From positions 67,539 through 131,538 of the forward strand of contig JBBRLQ010000022.1 in NCBI GenBank assembly GCA_038231275.1: a stretch of 64,000 nt of DNA, read 5' to 3'. Shown in pieces: positions 1-9,296 of the stretch. The stretch is from Polyangiales bacterium (GTDB lineage: Bacteria; Myxococcota_A; Polyangia; Polyangiales; Polyangiaceae). A model generated the notes under the pieces. The model did no database searches, had not been told where the DNA came from, and saw nothing but the letters and a program-made list of their open reading frames with translations. The stretch's first letter is position 1. The number at the start of each line of letters is the position of its first letter. The position numbers and the translations under genes are program-made.

Positions 1-614
1 ACGAGCCGATCGACCTGGAGCGCGGCAGCGCCCCCTCCCTTCACGTGACGAAGGATGGCCAGGGACGCCAGAGGCTCGTCGCCGACGTGGAGCACCGACA
101 TGCCGACCGCCTGGCGCGCCCGATCGTGGAGGCGGCGCGCGTCTGGATCGCGCTCCGCTTGCATCACGAGCATCACGCGGAGACGGTGGTCGTGGCCGAG
201 GAGCGGACCCACGATCTCCCAACCGGCGGTGTGCGCGGTCACGACGATGAGCCCGCGCCCATCGGCGAGCGCGTCCTTGATGTGATTGTCCCCGTGAATC
301 TCGGCCTTCGGGTGCTCGAAGTTCCGTGAGCCGAGCGCCAGCGCCTCGGCGAGGCAGCCGGCGTACGTCGCGAACGTACGTCCGACGTCGACCGCGTCAC
401 GCAGCGCCCCCGCCTCCCCGCGCGTTCGCGTGAGGTTCGCGCGAACGGCCCGCCGCGCCGACGGGATCAGCGCCGCCGCGGCGAGTCCGAAGAACGGCGG
501 CGAGTAGCGGAGCCACCACATGGGGCCGTGGGCCGCGCCGAGGTACGCGAGGCGGCGAAGGAACGCTCCGTCATGACGGAGCTGGGACGCATGGGATCCA
601 TCGCGCGAGGGCAC
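1..614 (-). CDS. Lysophospholipid/lipid A lauroyl-type acyltransferase family protein (3' end runs off the window)
   Basis: Not in the ORF track. Manual minus-strand translation gives ...HIKDALADGRGLIVVTAHTAGWEIVGPLL...AALQVDR, the LpxL-like H-x-x-G-W-E motif. GTG start at 614 follows GGGAGG. Confidence 0.8.
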   Translation of the reverse strand, partial: MPSRDGSHASQLRHDGAFLRRLAYLGAAHGPMWWLRYSPPFFGLAAAALIPSARRAVRANLTRTRGEAGALRDAVDVGRTFATYAGCLAEALALGSRNFEHPKAEIHGDNHIKDALADGRGLIVVTAHTAGWEIVGPLLGHDHRLRVMLVMQAERDPDARRLHDRARQAVGMSVLHVGDEPLASLAILRHVKGGGAAALQVDRL

Positions 615-698
615 GGCACCTCCCAGGTAGCCGGTCGGCGGGCGCGGATCATCCTTTTTTCTTCGGAATTACGAGGGGTGATCATTTTGCGCGAACGT

Positions 699-714
699 CG
701 GAACACACATTGCA
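699..714 (+). promoter_or_regulatory. Putative sigma54 (-24/-12) promoter for vWA gene 1
   Basis: cGGaACacacaTTGCA: GG-N10-GC with TTGCA, 33 nt before the start codon. Confidence 0.6.
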
Positions 715-747
715 ACACATCGTCGCCATCCCAAGGAGCCCGCCCGC

Positions 748-1920
748 GTGACCAACTCCACTCGCCTCTCCACTCGCCTCCCCACTCGCCTCGTCTCGTT
801 CGGATTCGTGGTCGTCTCCACCGCTCTTTGCGCGACGGCGTGCAGCAGCGCGACGCGCGGGAACGGATTCACCGAAGACAACCCGGCGACCGGCGGCGGG
901 AAGGGCACGAGCTCGGGCGGTGGCGGAAGCAGCGGCGGCGATTCACCGACCCTCGGCGGAAGCGATACGGACGGCGGCGGCGGAAGCACGGGCGACGCGA
1001 GCGCGTGCGCGACGACGACCGCGCAAGCCGAGCAAGTGCCGGTCTACCTCGTCTTCATGTTCGATCGCTCCGGCAGCATGAAATACAACCCGTCGCCCAA
1101 CAACAAATGGGACGCGTGCGTCGCGGGGCTCGACGCGTTCTTCGGCGATCCGGCGAGCAACGGGCTCTACGCGTCGATGCAGGTCTTCCCGTACGACAAC
1201 GGCGAGTGCTCGTCCTCGACGTACCAGACGCCGCTCGTCGCCGCGACGGCGCTGCCCGATCCGAGCGCGAGCTTCAAGAACGCGCTCGCGCAGAACGGGC
1301 CCGATCCCAGCTACGGAACGCCGACCCTACCCGCGCTACGCGGCGCGATCGACTACGCGAAGCAACTGCAAGCCGGCTTCACGCACGGCGAGAAGGCCGC
1401 GGTGGTCCTCGTCACCGACGGTGATCCCAACGACTGCTCCTCATCGGCCCAGAACGTCGGCCAAGAGGCCGCGAAGATCGCGGCGCAGATCCCCACGTAC
1501 GTCGTCGGCGTCGGCAACAGCTTGAGCAACCTGAACACGATCGCGCAGGGCGGCGGCACCAAGAGCGCGCTCCTCGTCGACACGTCGAACCCGCAGCAGA
1601 TCACGACCGACTTCATCAAGGCGGTCTCGCAGATCCGCTCGGCGGCGCTGACGTGCGAGTACAAGATCCCGGCGGCGCCGGTCGGTCAGACGCTCGATCC
1701 GAACAAGGTGAACGTCGTCTACACGCCCGTCGGCGGCGCCGCGCAGACGCTCTCGTACAACAAGGACTGCGCGGGCAACGGCCAGGGCTGGCACTACGAC
1801 GATCCGAACGCCCCCACGAAGATCTCGATGTGCGGCTCAAGCTGCGACGGAGTGAAGGCCGCCGCGGGCCGCGTGGACATCGTCCTAGGATGTGCGACAC
1901 AAGGAGGCGTTACCCGCTGA
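748..1920 (+). CDS. vWA-domain lipoprotein (myxobacterial, Cys-rich C-terminus)
   Basis: AAGGAG RBS; lipobox-like ATAC; Gly/Ser linker; MIDAS FDRSGSM...TPT...LVTDGDP; C-terminal Cys domain. Confidence 0.85.
   Translation: MTNSTRLSTRLPTRLVSFGFVVVSTALCATACSSATRGNGFTEDNPATGGGKGTSSGGGGSSGGDSPTLGGSDTDGGGGSTGDASACATTTAQAEQVPVYLVFMFDRSGSMKYNPSPNNKWDACVAGLDAFFGDPASNGLYASMQVFPYDNGECSSSTYQTPLVAATALPDPSASFKNALAQNGPDPSYGTPTLPALRGAIDYAKQLQAGFTHGEKAAVVLVTDGDPNDCSSSAQNVGQEAAKIAAQIPTYVVGVGNSLSNLNTIAQGGGTKSALLVDTSNPQQITTDFIKAVSQIRSAALTCEYKIPAAPVGQTLDPNKVNVVYTPVGGAAQTLSYNKDCAGNGQGWHYDDPNAPTKISMCGSSCDGVKAAAGRVDIVLGCATQGGVTR
758..792 (+). repeat. 12-bp in-frame tandem repeat x3 (CCACTCGCCTCN) in the signal-peptide N-region
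   Basis: Encodes STRL-STRL-PTRL. Confidence 0.8.
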
Positions 1921-1957
1921 GCTTACTACGTCGCCCCTGAGACCGGCCGGCATCACA

Positions 1958-2007
1958 TGGATAGCGCGCTATCCAGGTGATCTCCCCTCGTGTGGGGGTG
2001 GATCACC
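1958..2007. promoter_or_regulatory. Perfect 18-bp palindrome plus adjacent inverted repeat upstream of vWA gene 2
   Basis: TGGATAGCGCGCTATCCA (1958-1975); GGTGATC...GATCACC (1976-2007). Confidence 0.5.
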
Positions 2008-2049
2008 GGAAGCGTGGAATTTTCCGACAGGCGGAAATCCGCCACCGGT

Positions 2050-2065
2050 GGGAACGAGGGTTGCA
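2050..2065 (+). promoter_or_regulatory. Putative sigma54 (-24/-12) promoter for vWA gene 2
   Basis: gGGaACGagggTTGCA, close to TGGCACG-N4-TTGCW. Confidence 0.65.
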
Positions 2066-2103
2066 CTGCAACTGGGTCTTCCCTGTCGCTAGGAGGTCCC
2101 ATC

Positions 2104-3243
2104 ATGTCGAACCTGAGGCCGTTTGCTCTCGCCGTTGGCGCCGTGGGGCTGGTCACGATGGCCTGCGGGAGCTCCGGGTGCGGGAGCTCCGCGAACGACT
2201 CGACGTTCAACGATCCCAACGCGGGCCTCCTCGGGGACGGTGGTCAGAACGGCTCGAGCGGGTCCTCCGGCTTCGGGTCGAGCGGATCGAGCGGCAACCC
2301 CGGAGGCGTGACGCCCGGGTCGGCGTGCGCGACGTCGAGCGCCGGCTCCAACGGGCTGCCTGTCTACCTGGTCTTCATGGTCGATAAGTCCGGCAGCATG
2401 GACAAGAACAACAAGTGGACGTCGGCGACGGCGGCGCTCGACAACTTCTTCGGAAGCTCGGCCTCGACCGGCCTGCACGCGTCGATTCAGTTCTTCGGGC
2501 AGCAGGACAAGTGCAACGTCGCGGCCTATGCGGCTCCCTCCGTACCGATGACCGCCCTCCCCGCCGGTCCTACCTTTCAAAGCGTCATCGCCAAAAATAA
2601 CCCCGGCGGCGGCACGCCCACCATCGCGGCCGAGCAGGGCGCCATCCAATACGCGCAACAGGTCCAGAAGACGCTGAAGCCCGGCGAGAAGGTCGTCATC
2701 GTGCTCGTGACGGACGGCGATCCGAACGACTGCGCGCAAAACCCCCAGGACGTCGTCGCCGCCGCCGCGGAGGTGGCCGCCGCCGCCAAGCTCGTCGCCG
2801 GCTCGATCCCCACCTACGTCATCGGCGTCGGCCCGGACGCGCAGAACCTCAACGCGATCGCCGTGGGCGGCGGCACCACTCAGGCGATCATGGTCGCGAC
2901 CAACAACCCCGCCCAGACGACCGCCGACCTCCAGAAGGCGATCGGCCAAGTGCGCACGTCGTCGCTCGGCTGCGACTACACGTTGCCGACGCCGCCCAAC
3001 GGCCAGACCCTCGACATCAACGCCGTCAACGTGAACTACACGCCCCCGGGAGGCCAGTCGCAGACGCTCCCGTACTCGAAGGACTGCGCGGACCCGAACG
3101 GCTGGCACTACGACAACCCCGCGACGCCCACGCTCGTCCAAATGTGCCCGGGCATTTGCGCGACGCTCAAGACCACCGGCCCTCAGGGCGCCAAGGTCGA
3201 CGTCGTGTTCGGCTGCAAAACAGTGGGCGGCGTCACTCGATAA
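2104..3243 (+). CDS. vWA-domain lipoprotein, paralog of 748-1920
   Basis: AGGAGG RBS before ATG 2104; lipobox-like TMAC; MIDAS VDKSGSM, TPT, LVTDGDPNDC; same C-terminal GGVTR. Confidence 0.85.
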   Translation: MSNLRPFALAVGAVGLVTMACGSSGCGSSANDSTFNDPNAGLLGDGGQNGSSGSSGFGSSGSSGNPGGVTPGSACATSSAGSNGLPVYLVFMVDKSGSMDKNNKWTSATAALDNFFGSSASTGLHASIQFFGQQDKCNVAAYAAPSVPMTALPAGPTFQSVIAKNNPGGGTPTIAAEQGAIQYAQQVQKTLKPGEKVVIVLVTDGDPNDCAQNPQDVVAAAAEVAAAAKLVAGSIPTYVIGVGPDAQNLNAIAVGGGTTQAIMVATNNPAQTTADLQKAIGQVRTSSLGCDYTLPTPPNGQTLDINAVNVNYTPPGGQSQTLPYSKDCADPNGWHYDNPATPTLVQMCPGICATLKTTGPQGAKVDVVFGCKTVGGVTR

Positions 3244-3254
3244 GGACGCGCCGG

Positions 3255-6200
3255 TCAAACGCGCAGCAAATCGGGCCGCTTCTTGAGGACGTGGTCGAGC
3301 CAGGCGTTGGAGACCGTCTCCTGCATGGAGTTCGCGCGGAGGCGTTCGCGGAGGTGGTGGAAGTCCACGCGATCGAGCGCCTGGTCCTGGTTGTAGCAAG
3401 AGAAGACCAGGTACTCGCGGCCGGTCTCAGGATCCTTGTGCTTTTGGAGGCACTGCGCGCAGACCTCTTTCATCATGCACTGCATCGGCGAGTTGATGCT
3501 CGCGATGCCGAGGTGACGCGGCGAGAGGATCGGCTTCAAGACCGTCTGACGCGCCTCTTGCACGGCCGCCATCATGCGATCGGAGCCGATCGCGATGATG
3601 CGCGCGACCTCGGCGAGCGGGATCTGCTTGTTGCCGATCTCGCCGCGGCCGTACGCGACCATGGCCTTGACGATGTTGCCGCGGAAGTGCGCGTCCTGCG
3701 GGCGGCGCGCCTTTACCTCGGCGCCGCTGTCGGTGCACCAGATGACCTGGTCCGTGAACGCCTCGATGTCGTCTTGCTTGAAGAGATCCTCGCCGCGCTT
3801 GTAGCCGGCGAAATAGAGGACCTTGGCGCCGAGGACCTTGAACGCGCGCGCGATGGAGAAGAGGACGGCGTTGCCGAGGCCGCCGCCGCAGAGCATGACC
3901 GTCTCCTTCGCGGCGATCTCGGTCGGTGTCCCGGTCGGGCCCATGAGGACGATCGGCTCACCGGGGGCGAGCGCGGCGCAGAGGCGTGAGGAGCCGCCCA
4001 TCTCGAGGACGATGGTGCCGAGCAGGCCCTTCTCCTCGTCGATCCACGCACCTGTGAGCGCGAGGCCCTCCATCGCGAGGCGCGTGCCGTCGACGATCGG
4101 CGCGTAGGACTCGAAATTTTGGAGGCGGTAGAACTGACCCGGCTTGAACTTTCGCGCAGCCATCGGCGCGTGCACGACGACCTCGACGATCGTCTCGGTC
4201 AGGCGGTTCACCGTCACGACGCGCGCGACGAGCTCGTGGTCGAGGCGCGCGTAGAGCTCGCGCTGCTTGGCGTCGCGCGCGGGCTGACCGGCGGCGTCGA
4301 GCGACGTGGTCTCTTCGAAGAGCGCGGAGACGTGGGGGTAGCCGTCCTTCGCGCTCGCCATCGCCTTGACGACGCTGCCGGCGTAGTGCGGGTGGTTGTC
4401 GCCGTAGAACGAGACGGTGTGGCCGCCCTTGTCGTAGCTCGTGAAGAACGCGCCGGCGGTCGTCTTCGACTCCTCGACGATGATCTTCCCGCTCTCGCGG
4501 CGCGCGGTGTGGGCGAGGAAATACTGCTTCTTCGCGTCGAGCTTGAACGTGCCCTCGTACTCCCGCTCGTAGGTGACGTTGGGGCTCGTGCCCGCGGCGA
4601 CGCAGACGGTGCGCGCGGGGAGCGTCGTCTCGCCGTCCTTGCGCGCGAACTTCACGGCGACGACGTGCCCGCCGGGGTCGAGCACCGCCTCGAGCGGCGA
4701 CATGTGCTCGATGTAGCGGACGCCCTCTTCGAGGCTCTTGGCGACCTCTTCGTGGTTCAGGCGGTAGGCAGGCGAGTCGCCGAGCGCCTTCCTGTAGACG
4801 AGCGTGACGCCGCCCCACGTGTCGAGGAGCTGCTGGACCCGCGCTTCGCGGTTCTCCGCCTTCGCGCGCGCGCGCTCGTCGGCGAGCTCCTTCGCGTGCG
4901 AGAGGTGGACCTGGAGCGTCTCCCACTCTTCGTCGTCGAACTGCGCGCGCATCGCGGCGTCGCCCTTCTCGCGCGAGAGGATGGCGAAGCGCTCCGACTC
5001 CTTCTCGATTTGGACGACGTAGTAGGCGAGGAGCTCGGTGGCAGTGTCGATCGCGGTGAGGCCGCCGCCGATGACGATGGCGGGGAGATCGATCTGAAGG
5101 TTCGCGATCGAGCTCTTTTTGTAGGCTCCCGTGAGCTGCAGGCCCATGAGGAAGTCCGACGCCTTGCGGATGCCGCGCGTCAGGTTGTTCTTCATGTCGA
5201 TGACCGTGGGGCGACCGGCGCCGGCGCTGATCGCGACGTGATCGAAGCCCATCGCCCACGCGTCTTCGATGGTGAGCGTGCCGCCGAAGCGGATGCCGCC
5301 GAAGATGCGGAGGTTCCTGTTTCGAGCGAGGGTGACGTACGTGACGGTGAGGAAGTTCTTGTCCCACCGAACGGTGATGCCGTACTCGCTGACGCCGCCG
5401 AAGCCGAGGAGGATGCGCTCGTCGAGCTCCGTGTAGAGTGCACTGAACTCGCGGACCGGCACCGGCGGCACCCAACCGTCGTCGGCGACGTGGCCGGTGA
5501 GCGGCTCGGGCAGCGGCTCGACCTTGAGTCCGTCGACGGCGACGACCGCGAAGCCCTCGCACGCGAGGTGATGCGCCAGCGTGTAGCCGGCCGGACCGAG
5601 GCCGACGACGAGCACGTTGCGGCCGTTGTACGGCTTGGCGAACGGACGCGCGACGTTGAGCGGGTTCCACCGCGTCAGAAATCCGTAGATCTCGAGGCCC
5701 CACGGCAGCTCGAGGATCTCCGTCAGCACCCGCGTCTCGATCTGCGGGATGTTGACCGGCTCCTGTTTCTGGAAGATGCAGGCCTTCATGCAGTCGTTGC
5801 AGATGCGGTGACCGGTGCCGGCGCACATCGGGTTGTCCACGAGGACGAGCGAGAGCGCGGCGAGGGCGTCGCCGTCGCGCCGCATCGTGTGCATCTCGCT
5901 GATCTTCTCCTCGAGAGGGCAGCCCGCGAGCGCGACGCCGATCGGGTTCTTCTTGAGCTCCTTGCTCTTGGCGTCGAAGAGCCCCTTGCTGCACGAGTCC
6001 TTGTCGCGGTTGTGGCAGTAGAGGCAGTAGTCGATCTCCTGCTCCACGGTGCGCGCGTCGCCCCGGCGATCGGTGAGGCGGAAGCCGTCGCGCTCGCGGC
6101 GCTCGTGATCGGGGCCGACGAAGAGCTCGGGGATCTTCGGATCGGGGCGGCGTAGCTCGACGAGGTGCGCGTAGTCCAGGTTCTTCGGCTGGCGGAGGCT

Positions 6201-7028
6201 CGCCCAGCGGCGAATGGGATCGTGCGCGTCGGCGAAGCGCGCGGCGAGCCACGCCTCGATCGCGTCGAGGGCGAAGGCGGCGACCTTGGCGTCGTCGGCG
6301 TCGGTCGGGGCGTCGGGGCTGGCGGGCGCGATCGCGGACGCGGCGACGGGATCGCGGGCGAGCGCGGCGCGGACGGTCGCGACGCGCGCGCGGAGGACGT
6401 CGGTCCACTGGGCGCCGCCGGCCTTGGCGGCCTTGCGCGCGGTCTCGTCGACCTCGAACAAGAGGAGGGTGGCGCGGGCGACGAAGAGCTCCTCGTCGGA
6501 GTGCGCGTCGTGATCCGCGGGGAGGACGGCGGAGAGCGCCGCGAGGGCCGACGTCTTTGCGGCGGCAACGTCACGCCCGGCGTCTCGCCACGCCTTGCCC
6601 GCGCCGTCACGTAGGACGCGCTTTTTGCCGAAGTCGCGCTTGAAGCGCCAGAGCGGCTCGCGGTCCATGACGCCCGCGCGCAGCGCCTCGAGCTGGGCCT
6701 CGACGCCGAAGAGCCTCCCGGTGAACTGGCTCACGAACGGCGCCGCGGCCAGGAGGGCCTCGCTGATGGCCTCGTTCGTCATCCCCTTCCCCTTGCACGC
6801 GGCATACGACGCGAAGCGCGCGTGCGCGTCGGGGGCGGTAGCCAAGAACCAGCGATCGAAGTCGGCGTGGAGCGCGGCGAGCTTCGGCGGATCGAAGAGA
6901 TCCGCGAACGAGTAAGGCGCGATGCCGAGCGGCATGTGGCGCGCCTCATGGCTGCCCGGAGGAGGCGGAACGGACCGCGGCGGACGAGAGATCGGCGGGT
7001 CGCTTCCGGCGGCGACGGTCCCGGGCAT
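3255..7028 (-). CDS. Large FAD/Fe-S oxidoreductase: GltD/NfnB-like domain fused to an NfnA/PyrK-like FAD-NAD(P)-[2Fe-2S] domain
   Basis: CLYCH...C...GCP and C...CNDCMKAC clusters; VVGLGPAG; IGGGLTAID; C-terminal GPTG, GGGLG and SPMQCMMKEVCAQC...C. Start may be 6935. Confidence 0.85.
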   Translation of the reverse strand: MPGTVAAGSDPPISRPPRSVPPPPGSHEARHMPLGIAPYSFADLFDPPKLAALHADFDRWFLATAPDAHARFASYAACKGKGMTNEAISEALLAAAPFVSQFTGRLFGVEAQLEALRAGVMDREPLWRFKRDFGKKRVLRDGAGKAWRDAGRDVAAAKTSALAALSAVLPADHDAHSDEELFVARATLLLFEVDETARKAAKAGGAQWTDVLRARVATVRAALARDPVAASAIAPASPDAPTDADDAKVAAFALDAIEAWLAARFADAHDPIRRWASLRQPKNLDYAHLVELRRPDPKIPELFVGPDHERRERDGFRLTDRRGDARTVEQEIDYCLYCHNRDKDSCSKGLFDAKSKELKKNPIGVALAGCPLEEKISEMHTMRRDGDALAALSLVLVDNPMCAGTGHRICNDCMKACIFQKQEPVNIPQIETRVLTEILELPWGLEIYGFLTRWNPLNVARPFAKPYNGRNVLVVGLGPAGYTLAHHLACEGFAVVAVDGLKVEPLPEPLTGHVADDGWVPPVPVREFSALYTELDERILLGFGGVSEYGITVRWDKNFLTVTYVTLARNRNLRIFGGIRFGGTLTIEDAWAMGFDHVAISAGAGRPTVIDMKNNLTRGIRKASDFLMGLQLTGAYKKSSIANLQIDLPAIVIGGGLTAIDTATELLAYYVVQIEKESERFAILSREKGDAAMRAQFDDEEWETLQVHLSHAKELADERARAKAENREARVQQLLDTWGGVTLVYRKALGDSPAYRLNHEEVAKSLEEGVRYIEHMSPLEAVLDPGGHVVAVKFARKDGETTLPARTVCVAAGTSPNVTYEREYEGTFKLDAKKQYFLAHTARRESGKIIVEESKTTAGAFFTSYDKGGHTVSFYGDNHPHYAGSVVKAMASAKDGYPHVSALFEETTSLDAAGQPARDAKQRELYARLDHELVARVVTVNRLTETIVEVVVHAPMAARKFKPGQFYRLQNFESYAPIVDGTRLAMEGLALTGAWIDEEKGLLGTIVLEMGGSSRLCAALAPGEPIVLMGPTGTPTEIAAKETVMLCGGGLGNAVLFSIARAFKVLGAKVLYFAGYKRGEDLFKQDDIEAFTDQVIWCTDSGAEVKARRPQDAHFRGNIVKAMVAYGRGEIGNKQIPLAEVARIIAIGSDRMMAAVQEARQTVLKPILSPRHLGIASINSPMQCMMKEVCAQCLQKHKDPETGREYLVFSCYNQDQALDRVDFHHLRERLRANSMQETVSNAWLDHVLKKRPDLLRV

Positions 7029-7030
7029 GC

Positions 7031-7327
7031 TTACTTCTTCTCCTCGGCGGAAGAGCCCGCGGGCACGTAGGCCGTCGCGGCGAGATCACCGTCCTCGAAG
7101 CCGAGGTAGATCGCGCACTGCTTGAACATGAACTTCTGCCCCTCGGGCGAGGCCAGATCGACGCGGTAGGTGTTGATGTACTTGACCGAGTCCTTCAGCC
7201 ACATGGCCCAGGCCTCTTTCGAGACCTCGTTGAACACGCGCTGGCCGAGCTCGTTCTTGTACGGCGGGCGGGCGAGCCCCGGCAGGTCTTTTCCGAGCTT
7301 CTTGCAGTGGACGATTCGGTCGGTCAT
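7031..7327 (-). CDS. yggX: Oxidative damage protection / Fe(II)-trafficking protein YggX
   Basis: RIVHCKKLGK...GL..PPY..ELGQRVFNEVSKEAW..W...INTYR signature. Confidence 0.92.
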   Translation of the reverse strand: MTDRIVHCKKLGKDLPGLARPPYKNELGQRVFNEVSKEAWAMWLKDSVKYINTYRVDLASPEGQKFMFKQCAIYLGFEDGDLAATAYVPAGSSAEEKK

Positions 7328-7427
7328 GGCGAGGGGGTTTCTAGCCGTTCGGCGCCCGCATTGCCAGCAGGGCGCAAGGGAGCCACGGCGGGGCGAAACT
7401 GGGCCGCGATCCGCGTAGGATCAAACG

Positions 7428-9296
7428 GTGCGGTCGGCGTTCCTCCCGTTGGTGCTGCTCGCGTGGCTCTCGGTCAGCGCGTGCGGCCCCTCGGGAGGCG
7501 CGAAGGGTCCCGGTGGGGCCGAGCTGGGGCTCGTCGTCGTGGTCATCCTGCCCACGCCGGAGAAGCTCCCCTTCGATCCCCAGGACGCGCGGCGGCGGGC
7601 CGCGTCGGCAGAGCTGGGCCGGATCGTCGGACACCCCATCACGTTCGCGATCGAGGCGGGGCTGGCGGCGGAGTGGCGGTCGGGCTTCGCCGCGCAGCTC
7701 ATCGACGCGGTGGAGACGGTCGCGCGCGATCTGACGGCGCTGCGCGAGCGGTCGCCGGTCGCCTTCGCGCACGGAGCGCCGCTCCTGGAGCGGATATCGT
7801 GCCGATACCGCGCGGTCGCGACGAAGGCCGAAGGGTCGCTCGACGCGAAGTCGCGGACGATCGACGTGGTCGAGCCGGCGCACGGCGGCGCGCTCGTCCC
7901 GCGCGGCCTCGTGTTCGGCGTGCTCCTGGATGACTACGAGGCGTTCGCGTCGGCGCGCTACCTCACGATGGCTCCCGCCGACGTGCCCATCACCGAGCGG
8001 CGCGCGTACTTCGATCTCGTCACCGGCTCACGCGCGACGAGGGGAGATACCGAGCCGCTCTTGGACAAGCGCTCGGCGGCGATCGAACGGCTCGTCGAGC
8101 TCGCGCGCGTCACCGGCGGCTCCGATCCGGCGCTCGCGGCGGATCTTCGCAAGCACCTCCTCGGTGAGCGGCGCCACTTCGTCGACGCGTACGTGCATCA
8201 CGGCGAGGAGGCGCAAGGGGCGGCGCCGGCGTTCCATTCGGCCGAGCGCGCGTGGATCGGGTGGCTCGTCGCGACGCTGCCCAGGTTCACGGCGGAGGAG
8301 AAGCTCGAGCTCGCGCACGACGTCTTCGCCCGTGGATTCAACGGAAAGGGATACCTGCCCTTCGCGTTTCCGGGCTTCGACGCGATGGGCTTCGCGCTCG
8401 GCGTGGTGGACGGGTGGATCGCGGCGGGACACCCCGACACGTTCGCGACGCACACGCCGGAGACCCAGCTCTACGAGTACATCGTGTGCCCGCACCCGAA
8501 GAATGCGGACGGCGATCGCGTGATGGGGCCGCGCTGCGACTACCACATGTACCGGCTCGCCCTCGAGAACGAGGCCGCGCGCAAGCGGCTCGTCGACGCG
8601 ATCGTGTCGCGACGCGATCCGGTCTTCACCGAGCAGGCGTTCGCGGCGATCACGTACGCCGACGGACGCGAGGATCCGCTCGCGCGCTTTCTGCTGCTCC
8701 TCCGCGGCGTCGAGGCCGACGAGGCGGCGTGGACGATCGGCGCGCGCGTCCTCGCCGAGCATGCAGAGACCGGCGGGGCGCGGCTGGTCGATGAGGTGCG
8801 GCGCCTATGGGCCGCGTACCCGCCCCGGCGCGCGTCCCTCCTCGTCGTGCTCGCCGCGGCCGATCCGTACGACAACGGCGCGGTGGACTGGGCGGGCTTC
8901 GCGCACGATTACGGCGCTCCGCTCGACCCCGCGCTCCTCGGCGCGATGCTCGATCGCGCGCCCGCCGACGTCGCGCGCCTTCCGGCGATGTGGCCCGCGT
9001 TCGGCGGAGGCTGGTCGCGGTCAGCGGTGATCGTGCCACGCCTCGACGCGTTCCTCGATCACCCCGCGCGGCGGGATCCGCAGCGCCCGTACACGACGAT
9101 GCGCGCGATGTTCCACCGCATGTGCGCCGACGGAGCGAGCGGCGCGGCAGACGTTGCGCAAGTGACCGCGCACCTTCGAGGGCGCGCGCGAACGCGGCCC
9201 GGCGATCCCTACGTGTCGCTCGCCGACGAGGCGCCGACCCACTGCGGCGCGCGGACGTCACGGCCGGCAACGCCGCGCGCGCGAGGCCGACAGTGA
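7428..9296 (+). CDS. Hypothetical lipoprotein (unknown helical family)
   Basis: Signal peptide with VSAC lipobox; typical codon bias; paralog lies downstream. Confidence 0.75.
   Translation: MRSAFLPLVLLAWLSVSACGPSGGAKGPGGAELGLVVVVILPTPEKLPFDPQDARRRAASAELGRIVGHPITFAIEAGLAAEWRSGFAAQLIDAVETVARDLTALRERSPVAFAHGAPLLERISCRYRAVATKAEGSLDAKSRTIDVVEPAHGGALVPRGLVFGVLLDDYEAFASARYLTMAPADVPITERRAYFDLVTGSRATRGDTEPLLDKRSAAIERLVELARVTGGSDPALAADLRKHLLGERRHFVDAYVHHGEEAQGAAPAFHSAERAWIGWLVATLPRFTAEEKLELAHDVFARGFNGKGYLPFAFPGFDAMGFALGVVDGWIAAGHPDTFATHTPETQLYEYIVCPHPKNADGDRVMGPRCDYHMYRLALENEAARKRLVDAIVSRRDPVFTEQAFAAITYADGREDPLARFLLLLRGVEADEAAWTIGARVLAEHAETGGARLVDEVRRLWAAYPPRRASLLVVLAAADPYDNGAVDWAGFAHDYGAPLDPALLGAMLDRAPADVARLPAMWPAFGGGWSRSAVIVPRLDAFLDHPARRDPQRPYTTMRAMFHRMCADGASGAADVAQVTAHLRGRARTRPGDPYVSLADEAPTHCGARTSRPATPRARGRQ

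Noticed and set aside
3958..6408. 816-aa Arg-rich ORF (and similar ones at 4119-6155, 9209-11170, 33987-35735, 42359-44404)
   Set aside because: Frame-shifted or antisense shadows of real genes, with low-complexity R/A/G composition and no motifs
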